DNA of 63,919 bases, filler included, from Neoconidiobolus thromboides FSU 785 (lineage: Eukaryota; Fungi; Entomophthoromycota): NCBI GenBank assembly GCA_025603075.1. It is 7 parts of 7 records of this genome, joined end to end, with 100 filler letters (N's around TTAATTAATTAA, not from the genome) between each part and the next. Parts side by side here need not be neighbours in the genome. Positions count along the whole stretch, not along the records: positions 1 to 1,168 come from MU627027.1; positions 1,269 to 6,003 come from MU626774.1; positions 6,104 to 15,991 come from MU626655.1; 4 more parts are not named here. The stretch is one strand, 5' to 3'. Positions within the stretch are counted from its first letter, which is position 1. Every line of letters starts with the position of its first letter. Made by a program: the position numbers and the translations under genes. Positions 1 to 10,843 of the stretch are shown here, in pieces. The notes under the pieces are model-generated. The model was not told where the DNA came from, did not search any database, and worked only from the letters and a program-made list of their open reading frames with translations.

Positions 1-50
1 AAATTTGGATTAATTTCTAAGTAGATTCTGAAACCAATTAGGACAGCCCC
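1..50 (+). mobile_element. Terminus of long repeat family B (...GAAACCAATTAGGACAGCCCC)
   Basis: Exact reverse complement of 1034-1083 and near-identical to 16296-16345; flanked by ATTA. Confidence 0.7.
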
Positions 51-590
51 ATTAAATTAGATATAACACAAAATTTGATACTTAAAGTTCAATTGTCTCA
101 TGTTATTATAAAAAACTGAAGTTTAAAAAAAAGCCATTTAGTAGAATATAAAGTTGTATACTTTATTTTATTTTTTTAGCTATATTGAATAATATTTTGT
201 TATAAGCATCTATTTTCTTATTTGTACTTTTGCTATTATTAATATAAGTTTTAATTTAATTAAATAAAAAAATTCTAAGGCTAATTTGAACTTTCTATAG
301 TTTCAAATAGCTTAGAAAAGCGATATAAACTATAAAAACTAGTTTTGTGATTTATATTTCATTTTTATATTGTTTATTGTTAGCCTATTTAAATAAATGT
401 ATTTATTATAATAAATTTAAATTTAAATCTAAATATATATATTAAAAACTTTGATTAAATCAAAATAGTATATATAATTTTATGAGAAATATTTATATTT
501 TAAAAATTAAATAAGGTTTTAACATAATAATACAAAAAAGAACGTTTTTATTACTTTTTTTACTTCTAAGCACTATTTAAGCAGAAAATT

Positions 591-1033
591 CTTAGTTACA
601 TAAACTAAAACCTTTCGACTTACGGCTAGTTAATCAAGCAAGAACTGGTTTTGACTCCAATCACTGAGTACCAGATTTCACAATTGTATGAGGCTTTTTT
701 TGTTTAATTTCACTAGATAGAATTAAATTATGATGAATAGCATGTAATAGGGTGGAGACTATGCAAGACAAATACAATAGACAATACTACTGTAAAATCT
801 ACCCAAAATACTATCAGAAAAATTTAATGGCTTTATCAAATGTACGAGATATCAGGGAATAATTCAGTTAAAAAGCCTCAAGTTGGTATGTCCTAGAATC
901 TTTTTTGTACTCCGACAAGTATGGATATCAGGACGAGAGGATAATCTCCTTTGGAGTGAAGCTAGGAATTCTCGCAGCAAATCGGAATTGGTTGTGTCTG
1001 AACTTGAAAACACGACAATTTCAATGGTTATAT
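591..1033. mobile_element. Internal segment of repeat family B, rearranged and decayed
   Basis: 591-682 (inverted) and 714-895 match 8664-8880 and 17433-17727; 968-1020 matches the start of 16092-16150. Confidence 0.65.
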
Positions 1034-1168
1034 GGGGCTGTCCTAATTGGTTTCAGAATCTACTTAGAAATTAATCCAAATTTTAAAATTTCAAGTTTGT
1101 GTCCAATATAACGGTTAAATCTAAAAAGCCTAAAATTAAATGTCTCTATTTAAAACTTATTTTAATTG
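1034..1168 (-). mobile_element. Terminus of repeat family B (GGGGCTGTCCTAATTGG...), runs to contig end
   Basis: Reverse complement of about 16210-16345; preceded by ATAT. Confidence 0.7.
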
Positions 1169-1268
1169 NNNNNNNNNNNNNNNNNNNNNNNNNNNNNNNN
1201 NNNNNNNNNNNNTTAATTAATTAANNNNNNNNNNNNNNNNNNNNNNNNNNNNNNNNNNNNNNNNNNNN
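1169..1268. other. Artificial contig linker (44N-TTAATTAATTAA-44N)
   Basis: Six-frame stop 12-mer between N runs; the identical linker occurs six times. Confidence 0.98.
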
Positions 1269-1270
1269 CT

Positions 1271-1603
1271 TTTGCTTTATATTTACCAGCACTAGGTTAT
1301 GGAGAATACAGTAAAAAAGTAGAAGAGACCTCATATGCTCATGTTGATAAGGCATTAACTTATCTTGATAATGAGCTAAAAGGGAAAGAGTATTTAGTTG
1401 GGAACCAACTTACTTTAGCAGATGTATTTATATTTTGTGTAACTGAGTGCCTTTATCGAATGTTTTATGCTAAAGAACATCGTGATAAATATCCTAATTT
1501 TTCTAATTACTTTGATCGTATTGCCAAATTACCTCAAGTTATTGATGTTATTGGAGAATTTAAGTATGCTCAAGAGCGCCCTAAATATACTCCTAAAGCT
1601 TGA
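1271..1603 (+). CDS. Glutathione S-transferase C-terminal domain, eEF1B-gamma-type (5' truncated by contig edge)
   Basis: Open frame FALYLPALGYGEY...LTYLDNELKGKEYLVGNQLTLADVFIFC...YPNFSNYFDRIAKLPQV...PKA*; contains the GST N-capping motif YLVG-x-x-LTLAD. Not in the ORF track. Confidence 0.85.
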   Translation, partial: FALYLPALGYGEYSKKVEETSYAHVDKALTYLDNELKGKEYLVGNQLTLADVFIFCVTECLYRMFYAKEHRDKYPNFSNYFDRIAKLPQVIDVIGEFKYAQERPKYTPKA

Positions 1604-2112
1604 TACCAAATAAATTATTTTTATTGGTATTTTTTATATTGCTCAATAGCACTCATGTTTGTTACTTATATTCATGACTTTATATTAATTATACTTAAAG
1701 ATCTAGTATTATAAAAGTATATAAAAAATAGATTATATAAAAAATAAGGCATCAGAATAAAAATAAAAAGAATATAGTTTATAAAAAAGTCCTTTTAAAA
1801 ATTCTTTAGCAATTTTTTCCGTTCATTGGTGCTTAAAAAGTATTGAAACAAAAAAAAGCAAATCAATTATCAAAATGTGAACAAATAATAGTTTAAAAAG
1901 TAATTAAACTATCAACTGTCGCAAGCCAAACCAAAGTAAGTGCTAATTTTCCTGATACTAAACTTTTTGTTTTAACAGTCAGTTTATACAATTGCCCATG
2001 TTTTTTTTAAATTTTTTGTAGTAAAAGTCCAGACTCTGCACAATTACCTAAAGTCATCGTTTTTTATTCGTATATATATGACATATGCTCTTGATGGGTG
2101 AGAAAAAAATAT

Positions 2113-2211
2113 GAGGATGTATTTTTGTGTTTAAGAATTTTACCAACAAACTTTCCGCTTAAATAGCGCTTAAAAAATAGAAAAAATAATGAAGTCAAAA
2201 AAAACACTCCC
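2113..2211 (+). mobile_element. ~98-bp MITE family A, copy 1
   Basis: GAGGATGTATTTTT...AAAAAACACTCCC; flanks ATAT/ATAT. Confidence 0.85.
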
Positions 2212-2415
2212 ATATACTCATCACCTTGATTTTTTATGAACGATAATGAGATATAAAATACATTTACCATTATTTTAGTGTACTTTTTTTAAAAACATAT
2301 AGCAATGTAAATAACGAGTTATTTTCTAACTATTGTCACTTATTTTAAATTCAGATATATTATATTCAAAACCTCACCTTCAAATACAAAGTCCTAAATA
2401 AAATATATAGTATTT

Positions 2416-2509
2416 GAGGATGTTTTTTGATTTCATTACTTTTCCATTTTTTAAGCGTTATTTAAGTGAAAAGGTTGATATAGCAAAATTCTTGGAAAAA
2501 TACATCCTC
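2416..2509 (-). mobile_element. MITE family A, copy 2
   Basis: Reverse-orientation match to consensus; flanks ATTT/ATCT. Confidence 0.8.
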
Positions 2510-2525
2510 ATCTGTTAAATAGTAT

Positions 2526-2622
2526 GGGAGTGCATTTTTTCATTTAAGAATTTTATTAACAATCTTTCCGCTCAAATAGCACGCTTAAAAATGGAAAAGT
2601 GGAAACCAAAAAAAACACCCAC
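2526..2622 (+). mobile_element. MITE family A, copy 3
   Basis: Core TTTAAGAATTTTATTAACAATCTTTCCGCTCAAATAGC; flanks GTAT/ATAT. Confidence 0.8.
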
Positions 2623-3127
2623 ATATAGTGGAAATGATAGATTGATTAATCATAAGTGATATTCTTAGCTTCACTTATTCATCTAATTTTAAACGTTAAA
2701 GCGGAGAAACCTTACAGTGCTGAAATCCTAAGACTACTACACTATTTTTATCAAGTTCACTTGGTGAAATCATCTTATTCTACAAGAATTTTGAGACCAA
2801 GAAATTATTTTTTGCAATTTCAATCCTAAAATCTATATTTCAAAATTTGTAAATTAGATATTAGAATTTCGTCTTAATTGCGATTATTTTGCGTAATCCC
2901 CCATTTAGCATATATTTTTTGAGTACTGAAATTTTACAAAGTTTAGCTATTATTGAATTTGAACTATCACTATTTAAATAAATAGTAAATATAATTTTGC
3001 CATTAAAGCTATTAAATAAAAAAACATCAACTTATTTTAATAAAAATTAGTCAATAAATCTTATGAGATTTTAGCTGCGTAGCCCCTCTCAAACAAAAAC
3101 AGCTTAGTGAAATCACAGAAAACAATT

Positions 3128-3221
3128 GGGGATGTATTTTTGTGTGAATTTTACTAACAAATTTTCCGCTTAAACAGTGCTTAAAAAATGGAAAGAGTAA
3201 TGAAGTCAAAAAAACATTACC
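3128..3221 (+). mobile_element. MITE family A, copy 4
   Basis: Consensus core; flanks AATT/AATT. Confidence 0.8.
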
Positions 3222-4352
3222 AATTGCATCTCTAAATAAAAAATGGCTTAAAATTGAGATTCAGATCAAAGCTGAAATCACAAAACACGATTTACTTTCA
3301 ACTCGAACTTTTAAGTTGGAGTCTATGGTCAAAAGCTAAAAAGACTACCAAAAACAATTTCAAGCTACAAGGGATAAATGATTTGCCTGAAACCCGTTAT
3401 AGTAATATAGTATAACTATTTTGTCTATTTTATATATCGCTATATAGTATTATTAATTAGGTATTTGTCATGAATTAGTATAAAGATAAACATTATGAAG
3501 GAATTCAATATTTTTTACTTAGAAGGAACAATAATGATTTTTACTTTATAAAATAATTTAAATAAACAATGTTGAAACAAAACGGTACAATGAAGAAACG
3601 GACTATTTATTTGTAATAATCTCGTTAAAAGGATATAAAACAAAATGATAAAAATAAACGAAATGTTTAAATGTTGTGAAATTGAATAAAAGAACATTAT
3701 TATTAGCTGAACCATATAGAAAGTAAATATTTAGTTTATGTTGTGATTTAATTGTTGACGTTTATTTTTTTTAAATCTTGAAAGAGATAAACTGCTAAGT
3801 GATTTATTTTTGGAAGTAAGAGCATAAAGAAACTGAAAAGTAAGTGGAATGAGTGGAGAAAGAACGAAAATTTTAGTACTTAACAACTGAAAAAATCATT
3901 TTATTTCATGTTCTTGTATTAATTATATAACTGAACCACAAGTTTTTATAGTGAATAATTAACTTCAAAATAATTAAAAATAATCTAAAAAATAGTTAAT
4001 TGCAAAATATCTTTATCATTTGAAAATGTGTAATTAGTAGATAAAATATCAAAAGGCCTAAGTGTTCCTATACAAATTTTACTCATTTTATCAGTCTAGT
4101 TTATCCTAGAATAATTCCATTTACACCATATCAGATTATATCTAGTTTTTCCGTTAAGTATCTCATTAGGATAGTAACATAACTTATATCTAAGACAAGT
4201 AATTTTGTAACTTTCGAAGAATCAAAGGTTAAGGTGATAAATTATCGCAATATTTTTGGTTGTAAATAATTTGTTTTTAGAAATAAAAAACTGCCATCAC
4301 TACTATTAAATATTTAAAAAAACCATCTACTATTACTTGCTTATAAATAAAT

Positions 4353-4656
4353 ATGAAATTTTTCTATGTCATCTCTGCTGCTTCTGCTTTCGGTATCTGA
4401 AGTACTACCAATTATATTCATGGCGTTGTAGCTGAAACTCAACAACTCAAGGGTGAAAAATATGGAGAATAAATTCAACCAACTGATACTGATAGTCAAT
4501 CTGCTTCAAGAATGATCAAAGGGGGTAACACTAATTTTATTCATAATCTATTTAGTTATTATTTACTCCATAGCGTTGTTAGTACCTACTGTAGAAAGTG
4601 AAACTGGTTCTCAAGTTGAAAATAACCCAAAACAGAGAAAGAGTTTTAATACCTAA
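4353..4656 (+). pseudogene. Decayed tandem paralog of the secreted protein at 5680
   Basis: MKFFYVISAASAFGI*STTNYIHGVVAETQQ... aligns with MKLLY...ASAFSIRGAANYIRDAVAETEQ; in-frame TGA at 4398, later TAA and deletions; upstream region also similar. Confidence 0.75.
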
Positions 4657-5096
4657 AAACAAGCTAAAGCTTATAGCTAAAAGAACATCATTAAGTCTAT
4701 TCTGGAGAGTATGTAATCGTATATTAAGCTTTAAAAAAAAGAGTATTTCAATGCTTTGTTTATTTGTTAGTGTTATTTGTATATTATTTTTTATTAAGAA
4801 TCAGCACTAAAATAACTACATTTTCTATCTTTAAATTGAACTAAAAGTTCAATTGAAATAAAATATATAGTTTTACTTAAACAAATTACTTGTTCAGTTA
4901 AAAAGTCATGGTAAAGATGTAGAACTGCAACAGTTGGAACTATTTATCATAAAACAATTTCGTTTCTAGACCAAAGTTTAAAATAAAAGAATTTGTTAAA
5001 AGTAATAAAATCCTGTTTTTTACCAAAAAAAATAAAGATTATTTGTGAGAAATCATAACAATTTGATAAAAGAGCAGTATTAAAACAAAAGCATAT

Positions 5097-5190
5097 GGGG
5101 GTGTATTTTTATTTAAGAATTTTACTGATAGGTTTTCTACTCAAATATGCTTAAAAATGGAAAAAGTGATGAAATTAAAAAAACACCCTT
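5097..5190 (+). mobile_element. MITE family A, copy 5
   Basis: Consensus core; flanks ATAT/ATAT. Confidence 0.8.
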
Positions 5191-5679
5191 ATATAAAAAA
5201 ATAGTGTATTTAAATGTATAAGTTTAATAAAAGAACAGTATTAGAATATTTGGATTTTATAGATGAAAAGGAATACTTTATTTACAATGTCATAAATTGA
5301 TAATCAAAATGTAATCATTGAATAAAAAATTATTCCATTTAAACTACGTTCCTATATGGTCAATTAAGATGATTTTTTATATGGATAAAGCGAATTAATA
5401 GAGAATAGCACCAAGATACAAGTTGTTCCCTTTAGCACTAGTATTTAATAGTATATGCGTTCCTATTATAATATTGTTCTCATTATAAGCCTGATTTATT
5501 ATAAAGTAACTCCATTTACCCATTATCAGCTTATATTGAAGCTATATTACTTCATCCAAGTAAGAAAAAATAACCGTAATACATAATAACCTATATAAAA
5601 TAAAAAACTATATAAAGAGTCAAATCACCCATCATTTAACATTAAAATAATAACTACTATTAGGTACATATAAATTAAA

Positions 5680-6003
5680 ATGAAACTTCTCTACATTCTC
5701 TCAAGTGCTCTTGCTATCTCCACTGCTTCTGCTTTCAGTATCAGAGGTGCTGCTAACTATATCCGTGATGCTGTAGCTGAAACCGAGCAACCTGAAATTG
5801 AACCCAAAAGTGAAAAAGATGAAGAACAAGCTCCAGTTGGTTCCAATGGTGAAGTTAGTTTAGAAAAGATTGAAACTGATGCTATCAATCTATTTAAAGA
5901 AGTATTTGAGCTTATTTTTAAACACAGTGTTAAAGCAACTGAATCTCAATCTAAAGATGAACCCAAAGCTACTCCAGGTCGTAGAAGCTTTAACATTAGA
6001 AGA
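5680..6003 (+). CDS. Small secreted acidic protein, unknown family (3' truncated)
   Basis: Hydrophobic signal peptide MKLLYILSSALAISTASA, Glu/Lys-rich body; runs into the contig end. Confidence 0.75.
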
Positions 6004-6103
6004 NNNNNNNNNNNNNNNNNNNNNNNNNNNNNNNNNNNNNNNNNNNNTTAATTAATTAANNNNNNNNNNNNNNNNNNNNNNNNNNNNNNNNNNNNNNNNN
6101 NNN
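6004..6103. other. Artificial contig linker
   Basis: N44-TTAATTAATTAA-N44. Confidence 0.98.
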
Positions 6104-6729
6104 TAACATCAAAATACAATAACCAAACTAAAGTTGGTTATTCACTCAATGATGGTACTATTATTGCTGAAGTACAAAAACAAGGAAATATTTACGTTAT
6201 GAAGCTTACAAACAAAGACAATCGATTGACACCAGCAACAATTCCTGTATTGATTCAAGCTATGGATGAAATTGAGCAAGATTTTTTAACAATACGTCAA
6301 GAAGATATCAAAGCATCCAAGTCACTTACTGGTGCCGCCTTAGTCACCATAGGAAATGGTCATATTTATTCTAATGGTCTAGATTTTGAATTAATAATGT
6401 CAGGAAAAATAAGCACTACTGATTTCTTTGAGAATTACTATCATCAATTATGTTTACGAGTACTCAATCTTCCTTTTGCAACTGTAGCAGCTATTAATGG
6501 TCATGCATTTGCAGGTGGTATGATGTTAGCTTTATGTCATGACTACAAAGTGATGCGACAAGATCGTGGATTTTTATGTATGCCAGAAATTGATTTACCT
6601 AGTGCTTTATCTCCTGGTATGATGTCAATATTGAAGACTTCAGTTCCTAATAGTAAGGATTTAAGAGATCTGATTTTACAAGGTAAAAGGATAAGTGGAA
6701 AAGAAGCCCTTGATAAAGGCATTGTGGAT
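6104..6729. repeat. 626-bp inverted repeat, left arm (partner 15366-15991)
   Basis: Contig start is the reverse complement of contig end; translations are identical up to ...KGIVD. Confidence 0.9.
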
Positions 6730-6900
6730 GCCATTGAAGTGGAAAGTAAGGTACTTCAAAGTGCAATGGATATTGCTAATAAGTGGGCTGATAAAGTGGT
6801 TGGAAGTAAAGATATTTATAAGCATTTACGTTTGGAAATGAAAAGTGATACAATCAAGTTACTTAAAAACGGCGGTTTAGGATATATTCCTAACTTTTAA
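6106..6900 (+). CDS. Enoyl-CoA hydratase/delta-isomerase (crotonase family), 5' possibly truncated
   Basis: Motifs GNGHIYSNGLD and ATVAAINGHAFAGGMMLALCHDYKVM...CMPEIDL; frame stays open upstream of ATG 6199 to the contig edge. Confidence 0.9.
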   Translation, partial: TSKYNNQTKVGYSLNDGTIIAEVQKQGNIYVMKLTNKDNRLTPATIPVLIQAMDEIEQDFLTIRQEDIKASKSLTGAALVTIGNGHIYSNGLDFELIMSGKISTTDFFENYYHQLCLRVLNLPFATVAAINGHAFAGGMMLALCHDYKVMRQDRGFLCMPEIDLPSALSPGMMSILKTSVPNSKDLRDLILQGKRISGKEALDKGIVDAIEVESKVLQSAMDIANKWADKVVGSKDIYKHLRLEMKSDTIKLLKNGGLGYIPNF

Positions 6901-7099
6901 GCATACTTTTGAAATAAAAGTTCAATGTTATATTTTTGTATTCTTATTTTAATTTAATCTTGCTATAGATAAAAACACTTCCAAATTGTAAATTGCTTGC
7001 TTTAAAGTCCTTAAAAATCTCCTTACAATTTTAGTAAATACTGGGAAGTCAATTTCATGCAGTTGGCCAACACATTCTTTAGAAAAAGCAATATGATAT

Positions 7100-7196
7100 G
7101 AGGATGTATTTTTTTGTTTAAGAATTTTACTACCAATTTTTCTGCTCAGAGCGCTTAAAAAATGGAAAAAGTAATGAAACCGAAAAACATCCCCCC
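7100..7196 (+). mobile_element. MITE family A, copy 6
   Basis: Consensus core; flanks ATAT/ATAT. Confidence 0.85.
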
Positions 7197-7813
7197 ATAT
7201 ATAGAGATACCTTTGTTGAAAGTTGGCACAAATTTCTCACTTTTTTGCTCCATAAAAAGTGAATGAATAAATGAAAAATAAACATCCTTATATTAACGGT
7301 CAATTATACATTTACATTGTTAGACCACAAAAGTAATTATAATAGCACTATTAATAAATATTAGTAAATATTGACTTCAAATCATACCTTGAAATTTTGT
7401 CTTATCATTCTTTATTTTGTTTTGTTAATTTTTTTATGGCTAAATTTTAATACGAGTTCATGGTTACATTGATTTTAGTAACCACCAAGCTACCTTCTAC
7501 TTGTTCAGGATTAGTCACCTTTTAGTCTTTTATCAGTAATTTATCAGTCAATCAATATATTGTGTTAAAGTAAAAGTATAAATTACATGAACTTTTAAAG
7601 ATGATTATTTTTTTGGAGTTAATAGCAATACTCTGTATTTGATTAAGCCCAAAAGTATTATCACTAACTAATGCATCATTTACAATTTCCAATAAGGATG
7701 TTAGTGATGTTAGTATGTTTACCATTTTACTAATTTAAGTACAGCAGTAGTGGATGATTGACCTAATAGGGGGAAAATACCTCCATAGGGATTTAGTAAT
7801 TTAAATAAATAAA

Positions 7814-7908
7814 TAAGATGTTTTTTAGGCTTAGCACTTTTTCTATCTTTTAAGGATTATTGAGCGGAATATGTTGGAAATTTTTTAAAAAGAGATATTC
7901 ACATTCCT
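7814..7908 (-). mobile_element. MITE family A, copy 7 (degenerate)
   Basis: Partial match (CACTTTTTCTATCTTTTAAG...TTGAGCGGAA...ACATTCC). Confidence 0.55.
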
Positions 7909-8307
7909 ATATGCTGTTTCAGCTCCAATTAAATTATTCATTATAAAAAATGGTTAATTTTAAAAAATCACCCTTGTTGTTAGCCTTTAACAAGCCTAAT
8001 GGAGTAGTAGCCGCCTGACTTTGTTTATTAGTAGAACTTGGTTTTTGCAAGATGGATTTAGCTTTGTAAGTGAATTGTACACATGTTAATTAAGAAATTT
8101 ATTACTTCTAATATTAAACTGGTTTTTATTTTTAATTCCTTGCTTTTGCACCCACTAGCGTATAAACAATATAATGAAAACAGTTAAAGCAGTATTGCTA
8201 TTTGTTAACTAATAGATAAACTCGAGCTATTTAAAAAAGTTTGGAGGAACTAAAATGTAGATTTCATAATTTAATTATATTACTATAGTATTGAATAAAT
8301 AAGTATT

Positions 8308-8405
8308 AAGTTTAAATTTTTATATATAAAAATTTAAACTTTTAAAAAGTTTAAATTTTTATATATAAAAATTTAAACTTTTAAAAAGTTTAAATTTTTA
8401 TATAT
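8308..8405. repeat. 2.5 tandem copies of a 39-bp palindromic unit
   Basis: AAGTTTAAATTTTTATATATAAAAATTTAAACTTTTAAA starting at 8308, 8347 and 8386 (partial). Confidence 0.9.
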
Positions 8406-8663
8406 TTAGCATTTGGTATCTTTATTTTTATAAAAGATTAAAACAGTATAATAATATTTATATATCATTTACTGTATAAGTTTTATTTGTTTTACTATGA
8501 AATCATTACTAGTATTTTAAAATTTACATTTATTTTTATATATATTTTAATTAAGTTATCAAATATAATATCTTTAATTATTAATATTATTCAGTAGCTT
8601 TTTAAAATAATAAATCCATGTATTTTAAGAAATAAAAAATAGAGCTTATTTAGGAATGCTTTT

Positions 8664-8940
8664 GTAAAATCTGATACTCGATGATTGGAGTCAAAAGCAG
8701 TTCTTGCTTGGTTGACTAACTGTAAGTCGAAAGATCTTAGTTGGCGTGACTAATACAAACTTGTACTATAAAGGATAACACATAATACCCTACGAACTAT
8801 GTAAGACAAATACAATAGACAACACCAATGCAAAATCTACATAAAATACTACCAGGAAGATTTAATGGCTTTATTAAATGACAAAATTTTTATAGCAAAT
8901 CAAAATATAGGGCTCTGAATTGATTATACCATATGAGTTA
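8664..8940 (+). mobile_element. Internal segment of repeat family B
   Basis: Collinear with the reverse complement of 17433-17727 and with 714-895. Confidence 0.65.
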
Positions 8941-9399
8941 TAGTCAAATTGACTATAAAACTTCAACTAGTTTTACAATCAAGTCAAGTGATTATTATGT
9001 TATAAGCAATTATAAAACTAATAAAGCAATGTCTTATATTATATTACTTGCTTAATATGTTTTGTTTTTATTTCATTTTTTTCTTATAATGTTAATATTA
9101 TCTATCAGATTAAATTAGAAAATTTTAATATTTGAAGCTAACTTTTTTTGTTTTTATTATTTTATTTTTGTTTTTTCAAAGTATTTGATAATATTTTTTA
9201 GTAATATTTTTATTTTTATTTTTATTTTTAACACATTATATAGAAAAATATCTTATGTTCTGCTTTATATAAGCTCATATTATTATTTAAATAAGTAATA
9301 ATATTAATAAATTAGTTATTTAAAATTTAATGTATTTTAATTTTAATTTTACTTTACTTTTCTTAATGTTTGTCTGATTTAAACTTAAAAGTAGTATTA

Positions 9400-9497
9400 G
9401 AGGGTGTTTTTTTGACTTGATTACTTTTTCTATCTTATAAGCCCTATTTGGGTGGAAAATTTGTTAGTAAAATCCTTAAATACAAAAATACATCCCC
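9400..9497 (-). mobile_element. MITE family A, copy 8
   Basis: Consensus match; non-palindromic direct flanks ATTA/ATTA. Confidence 0.85.
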
Positions 9498-10033
9498 ATT
9501 AGCTAAAACAAGATTTTTATTTATTATAGTAAACATTACAAATATGTTTTTTAGTTTTATCATTTTTACTTTTTATTCAAACATAAATTAATTGCTTGCC
9601 AGAATTGTTAGTGATTTAATTGATATTGTTTTTATTGTGATAAATTTGCTATTAAATTAAGTTGATAATATAACTTATTAGTTAAAACAAAAGTGATCAT
9701 GATATAACTTTCGTTCAAAACAAATAAAATTAATTTACTGAAAGCTGCTTACTAAATTAGTTCCATTATTTTAAGTAGAATTTAAATTTAAATTTAAATT
9801 TAAATTGCACTTATTAAAAGTAGAACATAGATAAATCGTACAATTTTTCTCATTTGGTAATAAATAGTATATTCACTCTTTTTATTTCTTAAACAGCTTT
9901 TGATTTTAAGAAAACATATTCTTAAAATTATAGTTGTCAAATTTCTCTATGTTTTTAAACACTTAAAGATAGATTAAATCCACTTTACTATCAATTCAGT
10001 TTGACTTGAGAATCTTTTTATAGTACAAAATAT

Positions 10034-10131
10034 GGGGGTGTTTTTTTTAGTTTCATCACTTTTTCTATCTCCTAAGCGCCATTTGAGTGGAAAAGTTATT
10101 GCAAAATTCTTAAACACAAAAATACATCCCC
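10034..10131 (-). mobile_element. MITE family A, copy 9
   Basis: GGGGGTGTTTTT...AAAAATACATCCCC; flanks ATAT/ATAT. Confidence 0.85.
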
Positions 10132-10843
10132 ATATATTAACTTTATAGAATCTTCAGAAATATATTTAATTACTAAATCTTTTGATTTCTATTTATCTTT
10201 ATTGTTAGATTTTATAGAGTATAATTTTCGAATTTTCTATATTTATAATAGATCAATAATCTTTTGTTGATAATATTATTAAAATGATAACTGTTTATTA
10301 ATCAGATAATAATATGGAAAGTTATAAAAATATAAACTATTTGTATTTTAGTTCTAGATGTTTTTCTAGATATGTTTATAATATATTGAATGATATGAAA
10401 CAGGATGTTTTGATATAAATATTGTAAAGACGATATTAATACACAATTATTAACAAAGAACAATATCCAGAAAAATAGGTTTTTATAAAAGATAGATTAT
10501 AACTAAAATGATAATAATAATATTATAATAATGTTATAATAATAAAACTAACAATATAATATTTAATAACTAAACAACCTCAATATTCACTTGATAAAAC
10601 ATGGTAAATCTTAACATACCAAATATAATTAAATTCACCGTTATATAATAAGTTATTATTATTAAATCGTCACTTAATTAAATCATCTGCTTTAAAACCA
10701 ATAAAATCTATTTTAAGAATTTTAACACTAAGTTTCATTTTGAAATAATCCTCCTTTCTTTAGATGATGTCACCATCAAGTATAAAAACCTCATCTAAAG
10801 ATTTTCGCTAAAAATTCAACTTCAAATAAAAATTCAATAAAAA

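Noticed and set aside
1169-1268. TTAATTAATTAA palindrome inside N runs (six occurrences)
   Set aside because: Artificial six-frame-stop linker added when contigs were concatenated; not biological.
2109-2215. Recurring ~100-bp unit as a possible CRISPR, attC-cassette or ncRNA array
   Set aside because: Copies are dispersed, in both orientations, with TIRs and target duplications and no regular spacers, in a eukaryotic intron-rich context; a MITE fits better.
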